Shown here: piece after piece, positions 41,022 to 51,541 of the stretch | How positions within the stretch are numbered: position 1 is the first letter of the stretch | Layout of the letters: each line of letters starts with the position of its first letter | NCBI GenBank assembly: GCA_040266715.1 | Contig: JAPKNN010000011.1 | Location: forward strand, 2,295 to 66,294 | Direction: 5' to 3' | DNA length: 64,000 nucleotides | From: Paracoccaceae bacterium | GTDB taxonomy: Bacteria > Pseudomonadota > Alphaproteobacteria > JAPKNN01 | Notes under the pieces: generated by a model | What the model was told of the DNA's origin: nothing | Seen by the model: only the letters and a program-made list of their open reading frames with translations | Database searches by the model: none | Translations under genes and position numbers: made by a program

Positions 41022-42245
41022 ATGTCATTATTTATTTATTTGAACAAGCTTGAATATAGTAAATATGAGGCCGCTGAGCTTTCGCATATGTTTCCTTACA
41101 GACGCCAACTATCTATAAAAAAAATGCTACTGCATTATAGCATGTACTTTTGTATCTGTATATGTTCATGGTTTTTTATATGCGTACTAGGTGTGGGTGG
41201 CGTATTGGCGCAAACCTATGGTACAACACAGATAGGGCATGGGAGAACAGTTTTTTCTGATGCGTTAAGGTGTCAGGCTGATCATATGAAAAGGGCAGGT
41301 GTTGTTATGCCGCAACTATATATAAACGGCGTTGTTGATGCAACGCAAGATCATTTTGATCCTTATGGTAATGGGCAGTATATCTTATACAATATGCTTA
41401 CACACGCCTTAAACATTGCGGGTTTAAAGCCAATAACCGAGAAACCTATTCTCAATTCCTATTCATCGTATGCTTCACAGCAATATGGAATAAGCTTTGA
41501 ATTGAGGCATTTTGAAAGATATTATCCACCAATGTACGGAAATAGTGAAAATGGAAAGGAGAATTTTTTAATTGAGGTTTATATTCAAATGATAAATCTG
41601 CAAGATAGGACTGTTTTAGTTGACTATACGTATACAACAAAGATACAGGCTTTTTTTCATGATAATGCCTCTATGAAAATTGTAGACATGGCAGGTAAGG
41701 CATCATCAATTATGTTTAGGCCTTATAATATAAAGTTAGTGGAAACCATTTTACAAAGATTGTTTTTTAAAATTCTTGTCCAATTATATGATTTGCAACC
41801 TAATAATTGTGGGTATATTTATGAAAGTACTGCCGATCCCTTTTATGAGTTAAACACGCAAGATAAGAGCCATTCTTCTTATGAAAATACAGGCCCCTTA
41901 GCAAGGCCTTATAGTAATATGCAACAAGGTTCAGTGTATTCGGGCGCAGCTTCTAATAATGATACATCTTTAACGACATCATCGATCAATAGAGCGCAAC
42001 CTCCTCCCACCAATAGAACACAATTTTCTACCACGCATCCTTACACAACAATACCTCTTCAGCAGAATTGGCAACCCCCACCGCAATGGCCTCTGGCTAA
42101 TGGGTATAATAGCAGATTAACGAATGTGTATAATCCCTATATGTATTATCCCAATGTAGTATTACAGCCTCCGCCTTATTATCAGGTTTTTAACAATCCC
42201 TATATTCCCCAGCCGCCCTATATGGGCCAGACGTATCCAAAGTAA
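41022..42245 (+). CDS. Hypothetical secreted protein with a Pro/Tyr/Gln-rich low-complexity C-terminal tail
   Basis: Likely start at an internal Met (about 41088 or 41124), giving signal peptide ...FCICICSWFFICVLGVGGVLA/QT. C-terminal 120 aa has repeated PPP / PYY / NPY motifs. No family recognized. Confidence 0.5.
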   Translation: MSLFIYLNKLEYSKYEAAELSHMFPYRRQLSIKKMLLHYSMYFCICICSWFFICVLGVGGVLAQTYGTTQIGHGRTVFSDALRCQADHMKRAGVVMPQLYINGVVDATQDHFDPYGNGQYILYNMLTHALNIAGLKPITEKPILNSYSSYASQQYGISFELRHFERYYPPMYGNSENGKENFLIEVYIQMINLQDRTVLVDYTYTTKIQAFFHDNASMKIVDMAGKASSIMFRPYNIKLVETILQRLFFKILVQLYDLQPNNCGYIYESTADPFYELNTQDKSHSSYENTGPLARPYSNMQQGSVYSGAASNNDTSLTTSSINRAQPPPTNRTQFSTTHPYTTIPLQQNWQPPPQWPLANGYNSRLTNVYNPYMYYPNVVLQPPPYYQVFNNPYIPQPPYMGQTYPK

Positions 42246-42491
42246 ATTAAGTGTATCAAATATGTAGTGCGATATAGTAGTTCGCTTCTTTACGTTTCAT
42301 ATCCTTCTTACAATATGCGATAATATTGCCGTTAGTGTCTGTATTTTTTTAGGTATTATTTTTGTCCTGTATGGGGGCTTGCACACATTGATTGACACAA
42401 TATGTATAGTGTGACAGGGCTTTATGAACCAAGCAGCACAAAGCTTGCAATGAAACGACACTGATAAGTTGGCCAAGCTTAATATGTATAG

Positions 42492-42983
42492 CTAAGCGAT
42501 TTTGGTTTTAGCGACCATCGGCTTATTAGTAACCTTTCCATACACGTCATCTAATTCTTTATGTATGTCTATCAGTTGCCGAATGGCGTTAAGAACATTA
42601 TCATCAAAAATTGCTGAGTTATCATACTCACTCTCCTTGTTGCTTATATCATGTTCATATATGGCGTCTGATTGATGATCTATGCTTATTTTTTGACTAT
42701 TATCAGGAATATGTATGTGTTCTATAGCGGCGTCTAATTGGATGCTCTTTAAGCGTTTTTGAACACCTTTTATCGTCAACCCTTCATATCGTAGCATGTG
42801 TTTAACGAGAAGGATAATTTTGATAATTTTTACAGTATAATAGCGTCTCCCACTTTTGCGTTTAATGGGTCTGATTTGCGCTATATTCTTTTCCCAAAAG
42901 CGCAACACATATTGAGGTTCATCAACTATTGTGCTAACTTCGCCTATTGTTCTGTACGCATTTATGGATTTTTGTTTTTGCAT
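42492..42983 (-). CDS. MerR-family transcriptional regulator
   Basis: N-terminal HTH YRTIGEVSTIVDEPQYVLRFWEK (MerR-like). Located downstream of ihfA, as in many alphaproteobacteria. Confidence 0.65.
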   Translation of the reverse strand: MQKQKSINAYRTIGEVSTIVDEPQYVLRFWEKNIAQIRPIKRKSGRRYYTVKIIKIILLVKHMLRYEGLTIKGVQKRLKSIQLDAAIEHIHIPDNSQKISIDHQSDAIYEHDISNKESEYDNSAIFDDNVLNAIRQLIDIHKELDDVYGKVTNKPMVAKTKIA

Positions 42984-43172
42984 TTTCCTAGATTTGAATT
43001 GTGTCGATTACCGTGATACATGGGGCTCTTTTGAAATAAACCACATGTTTACTTGACCTCGTTAAACCGCCTGAAAATACAAAACACGAAAAGAGTTTAT
43101 AATTTCTATCTATACTAGCAAGTAATATACTAATAAAATCTTAACACATAAAAAAAAGAGGAAAATGGTGTA

Positions 43173-43481
43173 TTATTGTTGCCTTTTATAGGCATCATTT
43201 ATTGTTTTTTTCATTTGTAGACTGGGTCTGAACTTAACCGTATTGCGTTCTTTAATAAGAGCGGCTTCACCCGTTCTTGGATTACATCCCATTCTTTCGG
43301 CTTGCCGCTTAACTTCAAACCCACCAAAAGAAGAAAACTTAACTTTTCCTGTTTTAGCAAGGCTGTCAATAATATTGTGTAGAACAGTTTCTAGAATTTC
43401 AGCGGATTCAGGGGCGGATATTCCAATTTCAGAACTAATTTTTTGGACAATATCGGCACGAGTCAGTGTTTGTTTAGGCAT
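43173..43481 (-). CDS. ihfA: Integration host factor subunit alpha
   Basis: HU/IHF fold. LTRADIVQKISSEIG..., arm RNPRTGEA. Confidence 0.9.
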   Translation of the reverse strand: MPKQTLTRADIVQKISSEIGISAPESAEILETVLHNIIDSLAKTGKVKFSSFGGFEVKRQAERMGCNPRTGEAALIKERNTVKFRPSLQMKKTINDAYKRQQ

Positions 43482-43641
43482 AATGTGAAATAAAATTAAG
43501 GAAAGCCAACATATATATGTGTATAAAATGTATCACAGCACCTATCACATTAACATGGTTGTGTCAATCTATATTAAAGGGTTTTGCATTAAATTACACA
43601 AAAATATACATTATTTTGGTGTATTATTTTAAAATACATCT

Positions 43642-44964
43642 TTAAATTGAAAAATGTACTTGTTTTTCTTTTTCGAGCTGCTCTTTTACTGTATATGCGT
43701 GTTTGATACAGTTAAAATGCATATTTTGTACAGCATATTCGGCAATAACTGGACGGCTATTGTAACTGCTTGATTGAACTGACCCATAGGCACCAGCTGA
43801 AAAAATAGCGAGTATATCGCCACATGCTTCTTTTGATGGCATTGAGATACTCCTAGCAATAAAATCCCCCGTTTCACAAATAGGTCCAACAACGTCAACA
43901 ACATGTTTTTCAGAGTGTATGGAGGCAGTAACGGGGTGTATAGAGTGATGGGCATCATATAATGTAGGACGAATAATGTCATTCATTGCGGCATCGACAA
44001 TTACAAAATGTTTCTCCTGATTGATTTTGTTACGAATAATACGCGTAAGCAATAATCCAGCATTGCCAGTCAGGAAACGTCCTGGTTCAAAATGTATCTC
44101 GTTAGGGAAATGGAGGAAGTTGTTTTTTAATACATCGCTATAATCTTGTAGTAATTGTGTAACCGCTTGTTTTTTTTCTTGTATCGATACACTATCTATA
44201 TGCGTCTGATCATAGGCAATTCCTAATCCGCCGCCTAAGTCAATATGAGTGAGCGTGATACCCTCCACGGCAGCAAGTTCTTTGGCGTATGCGGCAAGGA
44301 ACCTATAGGCTCTATCAAACAAGGATATATCGGTAATCTGACTACCTATATGCATGGCAACGCCTTTAAAAATACAGGCCTCATATTGATGATTGTTTAT
44401 ATACAGCTGACGAGCCGTAGGGGCGTCAATACCAAATTTATCGGTAAGTCGTCCTGTTGAAATTTTATCATTTCCACCCGCCTCAATGTTGGGATTAACG
44501 CGTATGGCTATTGGTGCTTTGACGTTAAGGTTTTTTGCACGTTGATTAATTAACTCAAGTTCCTCAATAGATTCAATATTAAAACAATGAATTTCTTTAC
44601 TGAGTGCAATATCAATTTCTTCTGTAGTTTTACCTACTCCAGAAAAAACGATATCTTGCGTTGGAATAGTGGCTGTTTCAACACGTTCTATTTCACCCAC
44701 AGATACAACATCCATACCCGCTCCCAAATCGCTAAAATGCTTAATTATCGATAAATTACTATTGGCTTTAAGAGCATAAAAAATGCGCGTTCTGGGTAAG
44801 CAAGAAAGAGCGTTTTTAAATAGCTGAAATTGATCACGCATTGCTGTAATACTATATACATAGCAAGGAGTTTCAATATTTTGCATAGCTGTGTGTAAGC
44901 ACACATTTTCAACATGTAATGTGTGATTGTGATAGTAAAAATGCTCTTCTGCGCAGCGTGTCAT
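43642..44964 (-). CDS. lysA: Diaminopimelate decarboxylase
   Basis: PLP-lysine FYALKANSNL. Fold-III decarboxylase motifs GGGLGI, EPGR. Confidence 0.9.
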   Translation of the reverse strand: MTRCAEEHFYYHNHTLHVENVCLHTAMQNIETPCYVYSITAMRDQFQLFKNALSCLPRTRIFYALKANSNLSIIKHFSDLGAGMDVVSVGEIERVETATIPTQDIVFSGVGKTTEEIDIALSKEIHCFNIESIEELELINQRAKNLNVKAPIAIRVNPNIEAGGNDKISTGRLTDKFGIDAPTARQLYINNHQYEACIFKGVAMHIGSQITDISLFDRAYRFLAAYAKELAAVEGITLTHIDLGGGLGIAYDQTHIDSVSIQEKKQAVTQLLQDYSDVLKNNFLHFPNEIHFEPGRFLTGNAGLLLTRIIRNKINQEKHFVIVDAAMNDIIRPTLYDAHHSIHPVTASIHSEKHVVDVVGPICETGDFIARSISMPSKEACGDILAIFSAGAYGSVQSSSYNSRPVIAEYAVQNMHFNCIKHAYTVKEQLEKEKQVHFSI

Positions 44965-44973
44965 TTTAGATCT

Positions 44974-46344
44974 TTATGTGTTGAGTCGATTAAGCCAAAA
45001 TTGTGCGGCTTCGGTAACTTGTATGGGCGATGTTCCACCAAAGACATTACGTGAGTTGACAGATTGTTTTACACTAAGGACAGAAAAAATATCTTCTGTT
45101 ATAGCAGGATGGATAGATTGCATATCATGTAAGCTGAGCTCTGCAAGTTGACAATTTTTTTTCTCTGCAAATGCCACAAGAGCGCCTGTGATGTGGTGAG
45201 CCTGACGAAATGGAATTTTAAGCGATCTAACAAGCCAGTCAGCCATATCAGTAGCTGTTATAAAAGGTGCGTTAGCTGCATTTTCAATGGTCTCTTTATG
45301 AATATGTATGGGCTCTATCATGGCATTAAGTGTTTCTAGTGACAATGAGAGTGTCTCTAATGCATCAAAACACGCTTCTTTATCTTCTTGCATGTCTTTG
45401 AAATATGCTAGGGGGAGGGCCTTTAATACAGTGAGAAGCGTAGTGAGGGAACCGTATATACGTCCTGTTTTTGCACGTAATAATTCGGCTGAATCAGGGT
45501 TGCGTTTTTGGGGCATAATAGAAGAACCCGTTGAAAAACTATCTGACAAGCGAATAAATCCATAATTTTGCGATGACCATAAAATAACTTCCTCAGCAAA
45601 ACGTGATATATGCATTGCCGTCATAGCACAACAGAATATTGTTTCAATGACAAAATCTCGATCAGAAACAGCATCTATTGAATTACGTGTAGGAGTTCTG
45701 AATCCAAGCTTATTTGTGGTCATGTCACGGTCTATTGGAAAAGCCGTACCAGCTAAAGCAGCTGACCCTAATGGATTAACATTGACGCGTTTTCGGCAAT
45801 CTGTAAAACGTTGCCTGTCTCGTTCAAACATTTCAACATAGGCAAGAAGATGATGACCAAAAGTGATGGGTTGAGCAGGTTGAAGATGTGTAAAACCAGG
45901 CATAAGAAGATCGGCATTTTCTAGTGCTTTTTGGCTAAGTGTGAGCATCACTGTTTTAAGTTGATTAAGAAGAGCATCTATAGCATCACGTACATAAAGA
46001 CGCATATCGGTTGCGACTTGGTCGTTACGAGAACGTGCAGTATGCAGCCGTCCAGCGACATCGCCAATTTTTTCTGCTAAGCGTGCTTCTATATTCATAT
46101 GAATATCTTCCAATGTAGTCGAGAAAGTAAATTCGCCATTGGCAATTTCATCGGCAATTTCTTTGAGGCCCTGACATATGTTTGTAGCATCTTTTTTTTC
46201 AATGATACCGCATTCGGCAAGCATTTCACAATGGGCAAGAGAAGCACGGATATCTTGTGCATAAAGTTTCCAGTCAAAGTGAATAGAGGCATTTAACTTT
46301 TCTAATAATGCTGCTGGGGCATCGTTAAACCGTCCTCCCCACAT
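44974..46344 (-). CDS. argH: Argininosuccinate lyase. The start is set at the internal MWGGRF; the open frame extends to 46419.
   Basis: MWGGRF N-terminus. Fumarate lyase signature GSSIMPQKRNPD. The 25-aa N-terminal extension in the ORF track is probably not translated. Confidence 0.9.
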   Translation of the reverse strand: MWGGRFNDAPAALLEKLNASIHFDWKLYAQDIRASLAHCEMLAECGIIEKKDATNICQGLKEIADEIANGEFTFSTTLEDIHMNIEARLAEKIGDVAGRLHTARSRNDQVATDMRLYVRDAIDALLNQLKTVMLTLSQKALENADLLMPGFTHLQPAQPITFGHHLLAYVEMFERDRQRFTDCRKRVNVNPLGSAALAGTAFPIDRDMTTNKLGFRTPTRNSIDAVSDRDFVIETIFCCAMTAMHISRFAEEVILWSSQNYGFIRLSDSFSTGSSIMPQKRNPDSAELLRAKTGRIYGSLTTLLTVLKALPLAYFKDMQEDKEACFDALETLSLSLETLNAMIEPIHIHKETIENAANAPFITATDMADWLVRSLKIPFRQAHHITGALVAFAEKKNCQLAELSLHDMQSIHPAITEDIFSVLSVKQSVNSRNVFGGTSPIQVTEAAQFWLNRLNT

Positions 46345-46504
46345 ATGATTGGTTTTATTATTCTTTTTCATACGCATATCACAATATTGCCATATTCTAT
46401 GCCTAGCTTGCCTGTGCACACAAATAGGTTAATAGGTTATTGATTACTATCTGCTTATCATGTTTATAGGAGATGAAGTTATAAATCAAGCGATGTTGTA
46501 AGAT

Positions 46505-47146
46505 ATGAGAAAGAATAAAAAGAACTTATTTACCCTATTGTTGGCCCTTATTGTGTTTGGCATAACTTTTATGGGTTATAGATATGTGACGGGTCACAAT
46601 ATATTCTTTATTGGGACACATGACAACAGTATTGATACGTCTGTTTTTAGAAAAAATGCAACGGTTTTTTCAACTGGCGATATGGCCGCTTTGCAGTGGT
46701 TGGAGCACCCTTTTAGTGTTGCCGATGTGACATTTAAAGATGAGAACAATGTATTGCATAGTTTGGCAGAATTTAAGGGGCGTGTTTTACTCGTTAATTT
46801 ATGGGCAACTTGGTGTGCACCATGTCGTGCAGAAATGCCTGATCTGGATATATTGCAAAAAGAAAAAGGCGGAAAGGATTTTGCTGTTGTTACAATCAGT
46901 GTCGATACGCAAGGAATAGATATTGTAAAAGATTTTTATGAGGAAATTTCTTTAACATCCTTACCTTATTATATTGATGAAAGTTTAAAAGTTATGTCTG
47001 TTTTTAAGTCACGTGGCTTGCCAGCAAGTTTTTTTGTTGACACTAAAGGCTATGTTGTGGGGCGTTTATTGGGCCCAGCCTTATGGGCAGGAAAGGATGC
47101 CTTTGATGTTGTTGATTTTCTTGTTAAGGATAATAAGGGGTTGTAA
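46505..47146 (+). CDS. tlpA: Thiol:disulfide interchange protein TlpA (periplasmic thioredoxin-like reductant)
   Basis: N-terminal TM anchor. WATWCAPC active site. Divergent from argH as in Bradyrhizobium. Confidence 0.8.
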   Translation: MRKNKKNLFTLLLALIVFGITFMGYRYVTGHNIFFIGTHDNSIDTSVFRKNATVFSTGDMAALQWLEHPFSVADVTFKDENNVLHSLAEFKGRVLLVNLWATWCAPCRAEMPDLDILQKEKGGKDFAVVTISVDTQGIDIVKDFYEEISLTSLPYYIDESLKVMSVFKSRGLPASFFVDTKGYVVGRLLGPALWAGKDAFDVVDFLVKDNKGL

Positions 47147-47181
47147 ATTGCGGGCAAGATATCATATATTTCTACACTAAT

Positions 47182-48711
47182 TTATGTATTGTGTGTGAGG
47201 GAACGTCTATAAGAAATGGCTTCGGCAATGTGTGCTCGTTGTACAATTTCTGAGGCTTCTAAGTCGGCAATAGTGCGGGAAATTTTTTGAATACGAGAGA
47301 TTCCACGAGCTGTAAATTTCATGTGTGTAGCAGCTTGCTTAAGAAGTGCCATCGCAGTATCTTCGGCTTGAACATAATCGTGTAAATGAGCAGTTGGGAT
47401 TTCGGCATTCGTAAAGAATGTCTCTTTAGATAAAATTTTCCAACGTTTATGAGCAAAATTACGTGCCTTAATGACTCTTTCCTTAATGATGGCAGATTTT
47501 TCTATGCCTTGCCTATTATCCATATACTGTTCTGGGCTAATGGCTTGTAATTCACAGGTGATATCAATCCGATCAAGCAAGGGACCAGAAATACGTGATA
47601 AGTAATCTTCACTACAACGCGGTGCACGCGAGCAGGCTAATTCAGGATCAGTGATGTAACCGCATTTGCATGGGTTCATAGCAGCAATAAGTTGAAAACG
47701 TGCAGGATAGGTAACATGGGCATTGGCCCGTGATATACTGATGGAGCCATTTTCTAGAGGCTGACGCAATACTTCAAGTGTGCTTCTACTAAATTCTGGT
47801 AACTCATCTAAAAACAAGACGCCACGATGTGCCAAAGATAATTCTCCTGGTAATGATCTAGAGCCCCCTCCAGCCATTGCTACAAGTGATGATGTATGAT
47901 GAGGATCACGAAAAACGCGCTGGTTAATAAGTTTATTGTCTTTTAAAATACCAGCAACAGAGTAAATGGTACTTACTTCTAAAGCTTCTTGCGGGCTTAA
48001 ATCGGGTAAAATACCTGGCAATCTTTGAGCCAACATAGATTTGCCTGCACCTGGCGGACCAATAAGGGCAATTCCATGCGCACCTGCAGCGGCAATTTCA
48101 AGTGCTCTTTTGGCGTTATCCTGCCCTTTAATATCAACCATATCAAGATAGTTTGGGGTGGTATTATCGGTTTTTACTTCGGGTCTTTTAAGGATTTGCG
48201 TGCCTTTAAAATGGTTGACTAATGTAATAAGATTATCGGCTGCGATAATGTCTAAATTTTCACCTGCCCAGGCCGCTTCTGCTCCGCAGGTAGCAGGGCA
48301 TACGAGTCCCATATCTTTTTCTAAAGCATGCATTGAGGCAGGTAGTACACCAGCGACAGAAACAAGACGCCCATCTAGTGCTAATTCTCCTATAAAACTT
48401 AATCCATCCGTCATATTGATAGACAGGGCATCCATTGTCACCAAAACGCCTATTGCAATCGGCAAATCGTAATGATTGCCCGTTTTGGGCATATCAGCTG
48501 GAGAGAGATTAACTGTGATGCGTTTGGCAGGAAGTGCAAGGCCCAACGCATGTAAAGATGCTCTTACACGTTCCTTACTTTCGTTAACAGCTTTGTTGGC
48601 CATACCTACAATGTTAAAGGCAGGCAAACCATTGGCGATATGTACTTGAACTTCAATATCAACAACGTTTACGCCAGAAAAAGCAACTGTATGAATGCGT
48701 GCATAACTCAT
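47182..48711 (-). CDS. yifB: YifB/ComM-family Mg-chelatase-like AAA+ ATPase
   Basis: N-terminal Lon-like domain. Walker A LIGPPGAGKS. Mg-chelatase ChlI-like region. C-terminal domain. Confidence 0.9.
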   Translation of the reverse strand: MSYARIHTVAFSGVNVVDIEVQVHIANGLPAFNIVGMANKAVNESKERVRASLHALGLALPAKRITVNLSPADMPKTGNHYDLPIAIGVLVTMDALSINMTDGLSFIGELALDGRLVSVAGVLPASMHALEKDMGLVCPATCGAEAAWAGENLDIIAADNLITLVNHFKGTQILKRPEVKTDNTTPNYLDMVDIKGQDNAKRALEIAAAGAHGIALIGPPGAGKSMLAQRLPGILPDLSPQEALEVSTIYSVAGILKDNKLINQRVFRDPHHTSSLVAMAGGGSRSLPGELSLAHRGVLFLDELPEFSRSTLEVLRQPLENGSISISRANAHVTYPARFQLIAAMNPCKCGYITDPELACSRAPRCSEDYLSRISGPLLDRIDITCELQAISPEQYMDNRQGIEKSAIIKERVIKARNFAHKRWKILSKETFFTNAEIPTAHLHDYVQAEDTAMALLKQAATHMKFTARGISRIQKISRTIADLEASEIVQRAHIAEAISYRRSLTHNT

Positions 48712-48716
48712 GTCTT

Positions 48717-49697
48717 CTATGATGTGACAAATTGTTTTTCTATCCCATGCCAGTAATGCGCGGCGAGATCAATATTGTGTAACTGTTGATACATACGCAG
48801 ACCAGTAGGACAGGTGACATTAATTTCTGTAACATATTGACCAATCACATCAAGGCCAACAAAATATAATCCATTTGCATGCAAGGTTTTTTGCATATGT
48901 GAGGCTATGTTTTTGGCAAAATGAATATCGGCTTCTTTGAGTTTATGACTATTACCACCTACAGCAAGATTTGAACGAAACTGACCATCACTAGGTATGC
49001 GATTAAACCCTCCTATATATTCACCATCAAGTATAAAAATACGTTTATCGCCTTCGTAAACTTCTGGTAGGAATTTCTGAATTATGAAATGCTCTGAGTA
49101 TTTGCTGCAAAACATATCGAGCAAGGTAGACGTGTTTTCATCCTCTTGCTTAAGGCGGAACACCTCTTTACCAGCATAGCCATACAAGGGTTTAAGTACA
49201 ACATCCTTATATTGTTGAATAAATGCGTTAATGGTTTTGATATTACGTGAAATAAGTGTTGGAGGGGTGAATTGAGGAAATTGCGTGATAAGAACTTTCT
49301 CTGGAGCATTGCGTATACCGATCGGATTATTAATACAAAGAGTAGATGGTAATAACTTCTCAAGTAAATAGGTACTCGTAAGGTACGCCATATCATAGGG
49401 AGGTTCATGACGTACAAGCACTACATCAAAATCCTGTAAACTGTATTGTTCTAGATGTGATAAAGTATAGGAAATGTTGTGTTTTTTATCCGTATTACTG
49501 ATGTTAGGATCATTGTGAAGATATATATAATACCCCGTAGCGCAGACAATATTATTATTTAATTCCAATTGATCGGGTGTGTAGATAAAAACGGTATGTC
49601 CCCTTTTTTGTGCCTCTTCAATTAATGCTATAGTCGTATCAGAGTTAATATTCAATTTTTCAAGTGGATCCATTTGAACGGCGATTTTAAGACTCAT
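48717..49697 (-). CDS. gshB: Glutathione synthetase (ATP-grasp)
   Basis: Prokaryotic GSH synthetase N-terminal and ATP-grasp domains. RIFILDGEYIGG motif. Confidence 0.85.
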   Translation of the reverse strand: MSLKIAVQMDPLEKLNINSDTTIALIEEAQKRGHTVFIYTPDQLELNNNIVCATGYYIYLHNDPNISNTDKKHNISYTLSHLEQYSLQDFDVVLVRHEPPYDMAYLTSTYLLEKLLPSTLCINNPIGIRNAPEKVLITQFPQFTPPTLISRNIKTINAFIQQYKDVVLKPLYGYAGKEVFRLKQEDENTSTLLDMFCSKYSEHFIIQKFLPEVYEGDKRIFILDGEYIGGFNRIPSDGQFRSNLAVGGNSHKLKEADIHFAKNIASHMQKTLHANGLYFVGLDVIGQYVTEINVTCPTGLRMYQQLHNIDLAAHYWHGIEKQFVTS

Positions 49698-49824
49698 ATT
49701 TTTCTAATCTAACAATAATAGTTTTACATCATCTTGATTTATGCTACACTATAGATGAAGATGAGTAAATAGTATATTATGAAAGCGTGTTATTGAGTGA
49801 TTTTTCTATTATGAAAGGTTTGAG

Positions 49825-50574
49825 ATGAGTGATTATAAACAAGAAAGAGAGGAATTAGCCTGTGCATTTAGATGGATAGCACGTCTGGATATGCATGAGG
49901 CTGTAGCCAATCATTTATCTTTGGTTGTTGATATAGAGCAGAAAGATAAAAAAAAAGGCCCTTACTTCCTTATTAATCCGAATCAGAGGCACTTTCAAAC
50001 AATACGCGCAAGCGATTTACTGCTTTTGGATGCCCAGAATGAAAGCTGTTTATCGCAGCCAGATGCACCAGATCCAACAGCGTGGGGTCTACATGGGGCC
50101 ATTCATAGATTGTGCCCTCATGCACGTTGCGTCATGCATGTTCATTCGACCTATGCTACAGCTTTAGCCTGTTTGGAGGACAGTCACTTGCCGCCGATTG
50201 ATCAGAATGCAGCAATGTTTTTTGAGCGTTATATTATTGATAATGATTTTGGTGGATTGGCTTTTGTTGAAGAGGGTGAGCGTTGTGCGGGCCTGTTTAA
50301 TGATGCCTCGCATAAGGTGATGATTATGGGTAATCATGGCATCACGGTGATAGGACACAGTGTGGCAGAATGTTTCAATACTCTGTATTATTTCGAAAGG
50401 GCGGCTAAAAATTATATTATCGCCCTATCAACAGGTAAGAAATTGCGTATTATGTCACATACAATTGCTAGGAAAACGGCACAGGAATGGAATAATTATG
50501 ATGGCCTTGCCATACGCCATTTTAAAGAATTACACTATATACTTGAAAAAGAGGGAAGCGATTATCGTTTATAG
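49825..50574 (+). CDS. Class II aldolase/adducin-family protein
   Basis: Metal-ligand His motif HVHSTYATALAC and the fold-typical GNHGITVIG. Confidence 0.75.
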   Translation: MSDYKQEREELACAFRWIARLDMHEAVANHLSLVVDIEQKDKKKGPYFLINPNQRHFQTIRASDLLLLDAQNESCLSQPDAPDPTAWGLHGAIHRLCPHARCVMHVHSTYATALACLEDSHLPPIDQNAAMFFERYIIDNDFGGLAFVEEGERCAGLFNDASHKVMIMGNHGITVIGHSVAECFNTLYYFERAAKNYIIALSTGKKLRIMSHTIARKTAQEWNNYDGLAIRHFKELHYILEKEGSDYRL

Positions 50575-50625
50575 ATTTCGGAAAAATGCGGTTATGAAAA
50601 TCAAATTAAAAGGTATAAAGACAAG

Positions 50626-51441
50626 ATGAGGTTTTTAGTTGTGGGCATGGGGCGTATGGGCCAAAGCATTGTTTCAAGACTTGTTGAAACCAAGGATTAT
50701 AGTATCACAGCCATTGATCCTATTTTTGCACAAACAGAAAACGTATTGCGAGTAAATTCCACAATAACCTGTCACGCTGATATTGATGCTTTGCCTGTAG
50801 CAGAAACAGGATTTGATGTTGTTTTACTTGCCTTTAAACCGCAGATGTTTTCGGCTATAGCACCGCAATTACGTCCTTTCATTAATAAGGATACGGTGGT
50901 TATATCCATTATGGCAGGCATTGAACTTAAGGATATTCGTCGGGTCTTAAAAAATTGCGGTAAACCAGTACGAACAATGCCTAATATTGCAGCTCTTGTT
51001 GGCTATTCTAGCACTTCATGTTATGCAGATAATGATGTTTCTAAGCAAGAAAGAGATCTTGTCAATGAAATTTTCACCTCAGTTGGGAGTGTGAATTGGT
51101 TACAAGAAGAGGAGCATATACATTTAGTAACTTCGGTTTCAGGCAGTGGCCCCGCTTATTTTTACGCATTTTGTGAAACACTTACAAAGGCTGCCGAGGA
51201 GATGGGATTACCTTCTCAGACAGCAAAAAATATTGTGATAGATACATTTATAGGTGCGGCTAAATTATTAGAATCGCAGAAGGAGGGGCCAGAAAAGTTG
51301 CGACACGATGTGACAAGTCAAGGAGGTACCACAGAAGCAGCTTTACAAGTGTTATTGCAACCAGAGGGTTTGCCAAATATTTCGCGTTTGACTACTGCAG
51401 CCGCCGTGAATCGTTCAAAAATTTTGGCACAATCCGACTAA
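50626..51441 (+). CDS. proC: Pyrroline-5-carboxylate reductase
   Basis: Rossmann MRFLVVGMGRMGQ. P5CR signature GSGPAYFYAFCE. Confidence 0.85.
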   Translation: MRFLVVGMGRMGQSIVSRLVETKDYSITAIDPIFAQTENVLRVNSTITCHADIDALPVAETGFDVVLLAFKPQMFSAIAPQLRPFINKDTVVISIMAGIELKDIRRVLKNCGKPVRTMPNIAALVGYSSTSCYADNDVSKQERDLVNEIFTSVGSVNWLQEEEHIHLVTSVSGSGPAYFYAFCETLTKAAEEMGLPSQTAKNIVIDTFIGAAKLLESQKEGPEKLRHDVTSQGGTTEAALQVLLQPEGLPNISRLTTAAAVNRSKILAQSD

Positions 51442-51541
51442 TCAATATACTTTACAAAAAATGTGCATCTATACCATATCGTAAAGAGTGTACCAATTTA
51501 CACTATTCTGATAAGCAGCATATTTTATTACAAGAAACTAT

